From positions 198,988 through 262,987 of the forward strand of contig NMRA01000176.1 in the NCBI GenBank assembly GCA_002633005.1: a stretch of 64,000 nt of DNA, given 5' to 3'. The stretch is from Phoronis australis (lineage: Eukaryota > Animalia > Phoronida). Shown in pieces: positions 9,301 to 21,107 of this stretch. The notes under the pieces are model-generated. The model was not told the DNA's origin, searched no databases, and worked only from the letters and a program-made list of their open reading frames with translations. Every line of letters begins with the position of its first letter. Position 1 is the stretch's first letter. Position numbers and translations under genes: made by a program.

Positions 9301-12300
9301 TTTCATATGTAAAAACTTCCTTTGTCTGTTTTTGTTGACAAAGGAAGTTTTTACATCCGAAAATTTCAAATTTCAGTTGATCCATTCTTGTTGTTTTATT
9401 TACCGATTTATATTCTTCATTTCATGAAACAATAGTATCCTTTGGAGGATATGGATCGCCTTATTTAGTTTCAGATATATTTTCTACGTTGAAAACAAAC
9501 AATTACATGACGTCGTGATCAATCTGAATAGCTTTTTCTTTATGCCTCCAGGATTCAATGTTATTCACCTTTCGCTTTTTAAAACTAGAATTCTTTTTTC
9601 CAGATAATTTCTTCAAGAAATTTGTTAGTTGTGGGAGAACAAAAGACAGTGGAAATGAAGGTATCGTAAAATAAAATGATTTCAGGACCTTTACTGAAAG
9701 GTTGTGTTTTAGTTAGCTCTTTCTCAGTGTTCGATTTCCCCGGCCATCACTGACTTACAACAGGTCGGTCAACACGTTTCGGCTTACGTCAATCCCTGAC
9801 TTTAAAAACTCAGGAAAACGTGTCAACATCAGCCTGGCGTACCATTAACTAGACTTTCTGCAATAGAACCCCCACTTGCAACGCCTCAAACGTGTAAGAA
9901 CTTGTTGATTCGAGGTCGGGCTCCCCTGGGCCCTGAGCCAATTGCTTATGGCTTATTGGCTAGTCAGGCTCGGAACCGAGTTCCTCACAAAACCGCGCGT
10001 CAGTGGCCTCAAGTGCGTATAAATAGGCATTTATCTGTCGCATAATATCATTCACCACCTCTAAATTGCCCTAATATATCTTTTTTAATCGCACATAAAT
10101 ATACTTTGCTATGGATTACAAAAATTTTAACATCAAATATGCAAAAAGTAAAGTCAAATGTAAATATAAGATATCGAGCACATACAATAACATCAAACAT
10201 AACTTTTTGAACATTGAATTTTGTAACACATAGCACGCCTTAGACAACAACGATAATTATGCATTGAACTTGTAAAATAAGAATATTTGTAGTTACCAAA
10301 GAGCCGGCGTCTGTAGTCCAAGGAGTGCAATAAAGAAATAAATACCAAATGGCCGTATTGCACTCAATTTATTCAACGCTTATGGGATAAAATGTAACCA
10401 GCCATTTTCACCGTTCATAGACTGAGATACTCAGAAATTTTTTCCAGATGATTTCGTCAAGATTTTTGTTACTGGTGGAGGAACAGAAGAGAGTGGAAAT
10501 AAGGGTATCATCGTTCAAATATAGCTATTGTCAAATAAAATGATTTTCAGGACTTTTCCTGAAAGCTTTTTTTCTAACACCTTCAGGACGCAATGTAAGC
10601 AGACATGCATGTATTTACCGTTTGCGTTTTAAAACTTTTCTCTTTTCCAGAAGATTTCGCCAAGAAGTATGTAACTGATGGAAGAACAGAAGGCATTATA
10701 GATGAAGGTACCGTCATTTCAATCTTGCTATTATCAAAGAGAGTGACTTAAAAGATCTTGCCAGACAAGTTTTGAAACCATTTAGAGCTTTCCCATCTCC
10801 AAATTGGAGTGATCATTCATAAAGCGAGATGTCTGTAATGTAAAGGAAACCGGTCACCTCGTTTCGGTGAACAATTTTTTCTCTTATCCTCTTATTTTCA
10901 TCCTACTTTCCTGTATAAAATAAGGATCATTTTTAGAGACGTTTATCAGGCTTCCATCAAGTACAATATGTACTTAACAAACTTGCGTTTCAGCTGCATC
11001 AAGACCAAAGATCGCTTTCTTGACACCACTGCTCACTCTGACAGCTAGACCAATTTTAGATCATTTCATTGTAGTACTTGGACATTTAAAAATGTAGCGG
11101 AATCTTCTATTGCAAATTCTTTGATGTTCTTAATTGAAAATTTTGAGTTATTCACATCGGGTGATAGTCTCCCAACAATCTTTTCAGAATTGCCAAGTCT
11201 ATTACAGGTGTATATTTATTGAAGAGTTCTATTATACATTATTACACTATCCGTTTGCCATACTAGAATGTGATATTCACACGGTTGCTACAGTACATCC
11301 TCCACTTTGTCAAGAATGCATTGTTATGATTTGGTGTGGTATTTTATACGGTGCCACGTTCGCGTGTCTTATTGTGTTTTTGTCACGGTTGTCACGCTTA
11401 ACACGCGAACGTCGCAATTTTTACACCTTTGCAACGTTTGCGTGTTATATTCTGATACGGTTGTTACGCATTACACGCGAACGTCACAGATTCTTACATG
11501 TTTGCCGCGTAATGTGCTATACATGCAATTTAAACGGATTATACGCTAGCGTGTCATATTTGTGCACGGTTGCCACTGCTCACTCGCTGGTGCGGTTTTT
11601 ATACACGGATGTCACACTTTTTACACGGATTACATGTTTTCCAATATTCACACACCAAAACCTGTGAAATCCATGTAAAATGCATACCTTTGAAGTACTC
11701 AGTTCGTTTGTTTGTGCTTTGTGTATACGAATAAACAATCGGAGAGAACCTATTCGCTTTGAAAGGCTATTTAGAGGAGCGAAGGACATGGAAGAGTTAT
11801 ACGAAATAAAACCAAAAGCTAACATCATTTATGATAAACCAAATAATCAAATTCGTACCAATTTCCCAATGCCAAAACCTTATTCACCAACAGCACTTTA
11901 AACCAAAATGTCATTTTCCAGAAGGTGGAAACTCAGCCATACCAGGGGGTCATAAAATTTCAAGTCACGGAATCCATAATTTGCAAATATGACCACTCAG
12001 AAAAAAGTGGGCCTCCTCAGCCTCCGCCGCTAATGGCAGCTGTATGTGAAGGATATAGAATGACAAGAGGCAATGCTCTGGTAACATAGTCGCCATTACC
12101 CAGTCATTTTTGGCTAGATTTGTAAATATGCTAACCCTTTTGCTTCCTTATTATTGTAATAGCAGCTTTAGGTCAGAGAATGGACCGATATAAAAGAAAC
12201 AACATTATTTTGACACATCAGGTGACATTTACTGTACGATATTATAGCGTTTGTTTCTGTTGCTAAGTAAAGTTTACTTTATATTGGCTCACGTATTCTG

Positions 12301-15300
12301 AGGTTTCTGTTATATAACCCTAGAGAAAGAAAAAAAACCAGGTTGCTGTCTCCCCCTGTTGCACAAAACAATTCTGTGTAACCATAGATGACATACTCGC
12401 CCCCCTAGTCATACCGAACAATCACAGATTCATCATTTGACCGTGCTGATAAGTCATTTTATTCATGCTTATAATCTCAGTGAACAAGTATTGGCCAAAA
12501 TGACGCACTTGGGGAACTCGGTAGTAATGGGAATTGTTACCCTTTTAAATGCGTTTTGATGAATTTCACGTTTATTTATAAAAACTTAAACCATGTTGAA
12601 GAGAAATACCTGCAGAAAAGATGAGACTCCTCTTTAAGAAATTAATTGAACCAAAGCGACGTCTAACATTCACACAATAATTTTTTATCCATTTCACTGT
12701 CTGGTGTCTTAATGAATGTACACGCATTGTTCTACTGCAGCTTTTGGCAATAGATGTTCGTCAACCCGATCAAACACCTCAGTTCGGACAATCGACGAGA
12801 GATACACGATCGACTCTCCTGGACTAGTAATAGTCCTGAACAACAAGAAATTTCATAGGTCAGAGGGGGATAGACATGGCAGCGAAAAAGATGTTGGTAT
12901 GTACAGTTGTATTAACTGATAGCCCTGAAAAAACGTCGGCTGCAATGTATGTGTGACTACAAGTACATGTGCTTTAGCGAGGCGTTATAAACAAGTCATC
13001 TCGGCATCTAATATTTGCATGTGGAGGTAGCCTACGCAGTTGAATGTAAACGACAGAACTGAGTTTAAGAAGGTTTGGCAGTTTTAGTTTTTCGTTGATT
13101 TTCTAAAAACTTAAAATTGCTTTTTTCTTTGTCTACTACAAATCTGTAAAAATATAGTGCTCACCAAATGAGTTTTGACGTTACATCTGCCTAAACAACG
13201 GCACCTCAGGCAAAAATTTGGATATGTGTATATGTATATGTACACACACCCAAACACACACACACACATACATACATACATACATACATACATACACACA
13301 CATATATACATATACATATACATATATATATATATGGGTGTGGTTGCCATCTCCGGAGCGAGCTCAAGAGAACAAGTCTGTGAGACTCCATCATATATCT
13401 GATATCTGATGTACGGACATCTGAAAAAGACGGGCGCATCGCCAGAGCAGTGCAGATGTGGACCAAGAGGCTACAGGGACTAAATGGGACGACATCTTGA
13501 GAAGAGAAATTAAATGGGATTATCTGTGGAAGATTACGCCTCTGCAAGCCAAGCTCTTCATTCAATCAGTGTATGATGTACTATCTACTCCAAAGTAACT
13601 TGGGTATATGGAGATTATCAGATGACGCAAGGTGTTCTCTCTATTGGGAAGTGATGTAGCTTGAAACACATCTCTCATCATCAGTTTTTCTTTTAACATT
13701 AATTCATCAAACATAACATTACACATTACATAAACTAGACAAGTCATTGAGTATACGAATGAGTGAGTGAAAAGCATATTCAGCAAAAACATAGCCTCAC
13801 ATGGTGACAAAAGTTTTTGTAGCTCTACCTATCTAGGATTATGGATGCCTCGCAACAACTGTGAAGGTAAAACACTCATTAGTTCATGTTTCTTTAAAAA
13901 CCGTCACTTGACAAAAGGTTGGGCAAAGCCTGCACACGTAAATAACCGTGGGGCGCGTTCCAAGAAACAAATTTACTCTCATTTTGTACTTAAGTTCACC
14001 ACTTGTCTCAAATTCAAACTTTGAAGCTTCCACATCCAGTAAGTTAATCAAACTTAAGTCAAAAACTTATGTCAAACTTAAGATCACTATCTTGAAACTT
14101 GCTTAAGACAAATTGACGTTTAATCTTAATATTGACTTAAATTTAAGATTTGTCTTACCTAAACCACTTTTCTTGGAACGCGCCCCTGGTTTCCGAATGA
14201 CTTCAACTACGCGTGAGCGTCACGATAAGACCTACACGTAAATGAGAACTATAAAAATCTACATCTGTGTTGGACATTACGATTGTCATCGTTGTTTTCT
14301 GTTGTAGAAAACATTTGCGAAACTATGACCAATCTCGGACTCGAGGTGATTATACGCCAGGACTTCTCTGGAGACGCCATGAGAGATTTTTTAGAAGAAT
14401 ATGCAGAAAAGCAACTTGATCACAGTTTCTTCATGGTTATTGTTATGAGCCATGGAAGAAGGGGTGACATACTCGGCACGGACGGGGTCGCCGTTCCTGT
14501 TAAGGACATAACATCAATGTTCACGGCGTCCAAATGTCCGTCTATGAGAGACAAGCCAAAAATTTTCGTTATAGTGGCTTGCCAGTCTGACGAACCAGGT
14601 CAGTATTGTAACTTACTTGAGGATTTATTAAATCCTGATAATGTGATATAGCCGTGCATAACCAGTTAGTTTCGTCTCACTAGGCCGAGCAATGACTCGG
14701 TCAAATGACGCGGCACAAACTAGGACCGGTCACTTTGAAAACTGCATTGCGGAACATTCACCCTGTTGAGGGACCTTGATACGCCGTTGATGAAATACTC
14801 GAATCGGAATTTTCAAGAGATCTTTTCCCACGTTGTATATTCCAACAATTAACCCTGCTTGTTGTCAATTGCTATATGAATAGTACTAGTGCAATTCGTA
14901 TGATTTTTTGTCTGTGTAAGGTTACCTTTTTGACACAGTGTACAAACTTTTATGTCATAATGTCAACTTGCAGATGTCGTGGCAGAGAACGACCTTATGT
15001 TAGACAGCCATTTCCTTGTTGGATATTCGGCCGTGCCGGGCACCAGTTCGCTACGTGAACCGACTTCGGGCACTCCTTACATACAGCGCTTGATGAGGAA
15101 TATACGTCGCTATGGAAGGGTCGATCGGATCACAACGATTCTGGAAAATACCAATAAGCACGTAAAGAAAGAGACGCAGGGTGATCAGAAAGCTTACATG
15201 TTTTCGTCACTGGAGAAGGCGTTCGTTCTGGGAAACGGTGTCCCTCCATTGCACAACCAAATGGTAAGTTATTTTACTATTTTGTCATTGCCCAAATGCG

Positions 15301-15513
15301 CACTCAGGCTTTATCATGCAGTATGAAGCTCAGACCTTCTGATGGGAAGAGGGCACCCAAAAATTGAAAAGGCGCCCAGAAAATGGGAATGACCGGGTTG
15401 TGAAAGTTAGAACTGAAGTATAATTTTAGCACGTACGTTGTTAAAACGTTCAGTGAATATCTGTTTTGTTTTAGTGGACGTCGTTAACAATACCCGCAAA
15501 CTGCATTGAATGA
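6398..15513 (+). CDS. Atypical caspase (peptidase C14A), full predicted model of about 388 aa including putative prodomain exons
   Basis: Phase-consistent AG/GT exons 6393-6461 (ATG 6398), 7270-7368, 8139-8195, 9604-9660, 10448-10504, 10651-10707, 12741-12896, 14308-14598, 14974-15263 and 15475-15513 (TGA). The six upstream exons are supported only by splice signals and phase. Further upstream exons are possible. Confidence 0.6.
7565..7988. mobile_element. MITE, probably PIF/Harbinger-type
   Basis: Ends GGTGCCGTTTACAC versus reverse complement AGTCCCGTTTAGAC (11/14 match), flanked by TTA and ATA. The paralogous empty site CAGCC-ATA-TTCACC is visible at about 9207-9220. Confidence 0.75.
9257..9488. 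mobile_element. Fold-back insertion flanked by an 11-bp direct repeat
   Basis: Inverted repeat with arms of about 73 bp (9254-9409). TTGAAAACAAA occurs at 9246-9256 and 9489-9499, whereas the paralogous unit near 8023 has a single copy and no insert. Confidence 0.7.
12741..15513 (+). CDS. Caspase catalytic domain (p20+p10) exons
   Basis: p20 motifs GLVIVLNNKKF..DRHGSEKDV, MVIVMSHG (catalytic His) and KPKIFVIVACQS (catalytic Cys). p10 motifs FLVGYSAVPGTSSLR..GTPYIQ and Q..YMFSSLEK. Confidence 0.92.
13221..13335. repeat. Compound microsatellite (CA)n/(TACA)n/(TA)n
   Basis: Seen directly in the sequence. Confidence 0.95.
13950..14186. mobile_element. MITE with perfect 18-bp TIR
   Basis: GGGGCGCGTTCCAAGAAA (13950-13967) and TTTCTTGGAACGCGCCCC (14169-14186). 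A diverged relative lies at about 21815-22053. Confidence 0.8.
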
Positions 15514-15639
15514 GTTATGAGAACTGATTCATGCATTTTCGGGAACGGTCTTTATTCCAATGTTTTACACTTGACGCGGCAATGTTTTCGTAAAGCATAG
15601 AGCTTGCAGAATTAGGGTTTGGACTTTTTACTTATCTGT

Positions 15640-15990
15640 TGTTAATTGGGTCATGTGACCGTGTGTGTTTATTAAAATTTAGTACAAATGTACATTGGTA
15701 GCAAAAAGGCGGTGTAAAAAGACACAGCCAAATTTTATTCGATAAAATTGTTCAAGATGAATCATCAAAAATGTTGTCACAGTTTTCTAAATATAGCATT
15801 TCGTTTTCATCTTTTAGAATTTGTTATGTTTTTTATGAAAAAATGTAGTAGTCCTATTTGTGAAAACTCTTCATCGACCAAAAGCAATACTTTAAAAGCA
15901 ATTCTTAACAGCGTGTTTCAGAACAGTGTTGAGTATCTGGAAGTTTCACGTAAATATGGTCAGCTATTTGTGAGATATGCTCTAAAATTA
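15640..15990 (+). repeat. Dispersed repeat family, with relatives at about 34645-35000 (+) and 40420-40660 (-)
   Basis: Shared motifs TGGGTCATGTGAC, TAACAGCGT..AGAACA, GTATCTG.AAGTTTCA and TGAGATATG. Boundaries are approximate. Confidence 0.55.
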
Positions 15991-16532
15991 AACATATGTG
16001 GACATTTTTCTAAGCTCCTCCATTACCTTAAAAATACTAAAATCGTCGTTTTTGCCTTTGTTGGCAATCTGCAACGTGGTGTATCTTTGGACGAAATTAT
16101 TGGATTTTGCCGCACGAATAGTGCTGATTTTCTGTTGTCGAGAAGTACTATGTGGTCTTTTAACATCCATGATTTGATGGTACCGCGCTATAATCTAGGC
16201 TAGAACAGGAGCTATTTAGTTGCTCAGAATCCGATTGTAACACCTTGGAGACAAATGAACTAATGAACGAGTGACCATAAGGCGGAATCAATAGTAGAGG
16301 TAGACTTTAGCACTGTTAACTGAATAGGTGAAATTATGATGAAAAAGAATTGGTTTGTGACAGCATGTTCGTCATTTACTTTTATCCGCAAATTTCCCTT
16401 CCTTTGTACCAGCGCACCACAAGTGCATTGAGTGTATAAGTGGTCCAGTTTAGGCAGAGCTTGAAGTGGGACTCTTCCTCTGCTCCTNCCATGCTTGCCA
16501 AATTTGGCCATTTTAGAGGGTCCTACGTACAC

Positions 16533-16894
16533 TTAAATCGATACCAAACCCGGTTCTGGTCTGTTATTAGGTGTTAAAAACGGCTTTCCCATCAAATTCT
16601 CTGAAACAAAATAAAGCTCTGTAAGTCTCAACAACCCTCAAACGTCTGAAGGAAAATTCGAAACCTGTTCGAAGTCTGCCTAACAGGCAAGCGTGACCTA
16701 CGGTTTTACCGAATTACAACAGTGGGGAAAACCACGCAGCAAGAACTATAATATCCAATCTGTGACATAGGGAGTATTGAGTTTTTAGTTTATTCCTTTT
16801 TTTATCTTTCAAGATTGACGCCAATAATGCATTAGCACATGTGATACAACAAGGATTGGTTGAAATCATCAAAACAACGTTTAGTATCCTTTAA
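16533..16894 (+). mobile_element. TTAA-flanked MITE (Kolobok-like), copy 1 of 3
   Basis: TTAA at both ends with GATACCAAAC/GTTTAGTATC inverted termini. Shares the internal motifs CAATCTGTGA(C/T)ATAGGGAG and GATTGG..AAATCATCAAAAC with copies 2 and 3. Confidence 0.7.
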
Positions 16895-17109
16895 AACGTA
16901 ATAAAGTACGTATAAAAACTGTTTTGCATGAACTCGACGGGCACGAATATTCAGTGGCGAGTATTGTCTGCTTTTGTACATTTCTATTGTTTTTGAATGT
17001 ACGGATGAAGCTTGGCACATTAAACTGTCCCATCAAGTTTGAGTGGATTTCTGTAATCGACCGTTAATCCCGATAATTCAGTTGACTAGAGCGTCTGTCG
17101 TGCACCATT

Positions 17110-17658
17110 ACAGCGTTCTGTCGTTCAGTAACCTTTCCAGACGTACGTGAGGGGTGTTGAACGTGCGATAACATCTGGCTCTTTTGTTAACTGCCCAGCT
17201 CAGTCTTTTGTACCGTTTGATAACAAGCAGGCAAATTATCTCCCAGGCTTCAAAGAAAACGTATGGTGTTGTTGCACGCTATTACCGAACGCGTATGAAC
17301 ATAGTCAAACCCTGTGCGTTGGTAATCCATTTGGACAGGATAGATTGTCTTAACTTCTGTTGTAGTTGGGCGATTTTGGTGATTCAAAAACGGAGCATGA
17401 TCAGCATTTGACGAGGAATTCAGAAATGCTATTGGTTTAAGCTCATATGTATTATAATTTAACTTTCTTTTTTATCAGCCCAGCCCAGTCTGGCTAGAGA
17501 CGATCTGATCGGAGATTAGAGCAATTATAGAACAAATGAGCGCAGGCTCTTCAACCATAAATGCCAGAATGGAGTTAATCAGTCGTGTAAGATATTGGCT
17601 ATGGGAGTAAACTTCCCAACTTGTTGTTGGGCTATAGAATCGAACAAGTTGGGAGCAA
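17110..17658 (+). repeat. Dispersed repeat of about 530 bp, copy 1
   Basis: Colinear similarity to 57672-58183, e.g. ATAACATCT.GCTC, TGATCAGCATTTGAC.AGGAATTCAGAAATGCTATTG and CATAAATGCCAGAATGGAGTTAATCAGTC. Confidence 0.85.
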
Positions 17659-19889
17659 CGGGATGTCGTCATGCAGTTAGGAGAATGTCCCGGGTTCGAG
17701 TTCCAGTCCGACAGCAGAGATCTTGGTCAGACTTAGGTCACGTGATAAGACATACATAGAAGACCAATAATTCTTACCTATGCCACAAACTGACTTTTCC
17801 TTAGTTTTAAGTTGAAGAATTTCCTTTCTTTACAAGAGTAAAATTATATGAATATCGGGGTGGAAATGGGCTTATTAGACTTAAGCCCATGCAGATGTAC
17901 TTCGAAAACTATAATCTCAGTTTGTAATACTGGACGTTTCTGGGTCTCCCTGCCATCTTAAGAAACCACATTTTTGTACCATAGATCTACAGGCACAGCG
18001 TGTCAGATGTTCTTGGTTGATGAGGAAGAGACAATGCAAGTCAGCGGCATAAAATTTCGACTACACTTTTTGTAAAGAGCGATGGTAAGACCACGCGCTA
18101 CGTCGATCAGTCAAATGATAAATATTTCAGAGACTCCCAGCTCGTTCATAAGTTCTGTCATTATCATAATGTTTGTAACAGAATTGCATGAATCAAAGAT
18201 ATCACAAAGGTATAAACCTTTCATAAGTTACAATTCTGTATGCCCGTAGTTACTCATATGCTATTCAATCAAACTGTGGCCACGTTAGTACAGTGTACAT
18301 GTATGCCGGCAACTGTCGCAGCTTATGCAGTTGTGTGTCGAGTCCAAGTTCGCACTCGATTCCTAAATTTTTGAACTACAGCTCGTGATCAAGGTCGATA
18401 TTTCAAGTAGGTCTAATAACTCTAGATTTCAAGTTCGAACTCGAACTACAGCCTTAATGGTGGAATCATTAAATTTAAAATAGCATTAGACATCCATCCA
18501 CGTAAATCATAACGCACTTCAGCACCAAGTTATAGTCAATAATCTTCAGTTTGTACTTAAGTGATAAGATAAAACTCAAAAATAATTTCACGTTCGATTT
18601 CGAGTAAAAAGATTAGAATCTGTCCCCAGGGTTTGGTTGCATAAACTTGAGTTATATACGCTTGGTAACAAGGATGACGTTGTTCCTTCAACACACACCA
18701 CCGATGTTGTGCGTTGTAATTGACGTCATGCAACGATCACACTTATCCAGCGTATATGTTTTGAAATTGCAACCCTGATGAAAAATAACAGAGATCAAAA
18801 GGTCACTGAAGTGTATACATTAGGGGTTTTTAAGTAATGTAGAACATTAACGTATTAGATCAATGACCTGAAATAATATTTTTAATCAGTAATAATCCAC
18901 CCTATTCCCTCGTGTGGTACCTGCCCACGTGTCTGAATGAAAAATAAACATTCATGTACTTCATTTTCATCTACAATCGGCCAATTTATGTGTAACCATG
19001 GTAACCAGATGGTCAGGTCACGTGAGACATTCTCGCTGCGTTTAATATAGGAAGCGATCTCGGTGGGAATACCAACGAAAAGGTGAGTTCTAATACACGA
19101 AATTAAACGATCTACCATTTAAGATCTTCATCTGTGACATATTTGTTTGCGCCTATTCGTGTGCAGGATAAATGCAAGATTCAGTTTTATTTGTGAAATT
19201 TTCTACTCATCATCGATTAAGCTTAATATAAATTATGTTAATACGCTGTGGCTGGAGTCAACGGAACACCTGACTGTAGACAATGTATGAAGCTGCTGTT
19301 GTCGAATTGTGATCTCGAATTGGCCCCCAAAGCTTCCCGGCGATATTATGTTTTTTGTGTAACTACTATTTCTTTCTGTTTAGCAAAGGTTCAGCAAAGT
19401 TGTAACTACTAATCTCGGTAAAGGTCAATGTTTGTAATATAAGATGCACTGCTGGTTTAAAGCTGCGGTCGATATCTCTGTAAACGTCTCTATTGTTCGT
19501 AAGACTACATGTACACACAGCAATATTGCCAATGCGTTGTCACTGATCTAAGCTTGTAATAGACGGAATTCTGAGCCTTCCTAAGGAAAAGGTTTCTGAA
19601 ACAAACAAACGAAAAGCCTTCCGCCATTTGTCGATGGTCGAGTGTTGGATTGCCGCAAAGACAAAACAATAATTGGGGCTGAGCGAAGACAAGAATTTTG
19701 ACGTATCTGTTTACGACCCATGGGGCCACGGTGAATATTACCATTCACTATAGTTTCGTTGAACATTGCTTGGTTTTCCGGATAACTGCCATATGGGGCT
19801 TAGTATCAAAACTTCCCGTAAACGATTTTATCGTGATAAAACATTAAGTATATTCTAATTATTGTGTTTTTGTTTCACTTTCAGCTACC

Positions 19890-21107
19890 ATGTTTCAGGA
19901 AAGGTTGTATTGTGCAATCGTTGATAATGACGAAAGGGAAGTGCAAAAATTGGTCGCTCAAAAATGTGTCGACGTCAACGGGGCGTTCGTTTATACTACA
20001 GAGAAAACACATCGAGGAAAAAGGCCTCTCATCCTGGCGTCTTGGCTCGGACATTTGGAAATTGCAAAAACACTGCTCGATTCCGGCGGCTTGATCAATT
20101 TGCCATCGGCTGAACTCAGAAGGACTGCGCTCCACCTGGCAGTTAACGGAGGACACATTGAAATAATACGCCTGCTGCTCCTAAACGGGGCTGAAGTTGA
20201 TGCAGTCGACGCGTTTGGAATGTCGCCTTGCCACTATGCCATAGAATACGAATCTCTTCCCGTTCTACAGGAGCTGTTGAGAAATTCAGCAGACATCAAC
20301 ATCCAGGATATCACTGGAAAATCACCGTTGCACAAGACTATTATGAAAAAGCGAAACGACATTCTAGGCGAAATACTGAACCGCGTATCGGACGTGGATG
20401 TTAAAACAGATTCCAACGACACAGCTCTCCATCTCGCTGCTCGTGTTGGATACGTAGAAGGTATTCGACAGTTGCTGCTTGCGGGCGCTGATACTAGTCC
20501 AAGAAACAAATCTGGTAACACGCCGTTACTAGAGGCAGTAATATACCGTCAGAAAGATGCCGTTAAGTGTCTCCTTCAATACGGGTGCGATCCAAATGGA
20601 CGACAGGTGATCACCCAGTCATGTCCCCTTCATGTTGCAATCTATAAGGGATATGGAGATATAGCTGGCTGTCTGTTGGATGCTGGCTGTCTCATCGACG
20701 CAAATGCTAACGGTGAATATCCCGCCCTTAGTCCGGCTTTACGTAATGATTTCGATATGATCAATTTCCTCATTAAACATAATTACGACTTTTCATTGCC
20801 AGCAAGACATCATGATGGAAGAAACCAGAGTTTGTGTTATGTTGCTTGCGCGAAGGGTCATTTCAATTTAGGCGCACAATGCGCTCTTCTGTCCTGCAGA
20901 CGACCCATTGGAAAGGAACTTCTTTCGACGAATCCAAATATTGATGCGCGTTGTAGTTCGGTTTTATCATCCATAAGCTCTTTGAAAGATTACGCACGAA
21001 TGTATGTGAGGAAATATTTTGGACCTGGACAATTTACTCATAAATTAGACAGGTTAGACATCCCACAGTGCCTAAAAAATTTCTTGCTGTTTTCAGAGTT
21101 AAGCTAG
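19890..21107 (+). CDS. Ankyrin repeat and SOCS box protein (ASB-like), 405 aa, single coding exon
   Basis: About 8-9 ankyrin repeats (RPLILAS, TALHLAV, SPCHYAI, SPLHKTI, TALHLAA, TPLLEAV, CPLHVAI). C-terminal SOCS box SLKDYARMYVRKYF..LDRLDIPQCLKNFL. Splice acceptor TTTCAG 5 nt before the ATG, and a candidate 5'UTR donor AAG|GTGAGT at 19082. Confidence 0.92.
   Translation: MFQERLYCAIVDNDEREVQKLVAQKCVDVNGAFVYTTEKTHRGKRPLILASWLGHLEIAKTLLDSGGLINLPSAELRRTALHLAVNGGHIEIIRLLLLNGAEVDAVDAFGMSPCHYAIEYESLPVLQELLRNSADINIQDITGKSPLHKTIMKKRNDILGEILNRVSDVDVKTDSNDTALHLAARVGYVEGIRQLLLAGADTSPRNKSGNTPLLEAVIYRQKDAVKCLLQYGCDPNGRQVITQSCPLHVAIYKGYGDIAGCLLDAGCLIDANANGEYPALSPALRNDFDMINFLIKHNYDFSLPARHHDGRNQSLCYVACAKGHFNLGAQCALLSCRRPIGKELLSTNPNIDARCSSVLSSISSLKDYARMYVRKYFGPGQFTHKLDRLDIPQCLKNFLLFSELS

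Larger units (their letters stand above)
7480..10760 (+). repeat. Tandem intragenic segmental duplication, four units each carrying one 57-nt exon
   Basis: Intron sequence flanking the microexons is also repeated: 8020-8610 resembles 9489-10060, 8830-8956 resembles 10100-10232, and 9098-9175 resembles 10262-10328. Units 3 and 4 are shorter and more diverged. Confidence 0.85.

Noticed and set aside
11134-11667. 177-aa ORF
   Set aside because: It lies over an intronic repeat with recurring CACGGTTG/ACACGCGAACGT motifs. No recognisable domain or compatible splice sites.
13111-13565. YMCV- and HTYI-rich ORFs
   Set aside because: Microsatellite translations.
19881-20521. Minus-strand ORFs overlapping the ankyrin gene
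   Set aside because: Antisense shadows of a real coding exon, with no independent features.
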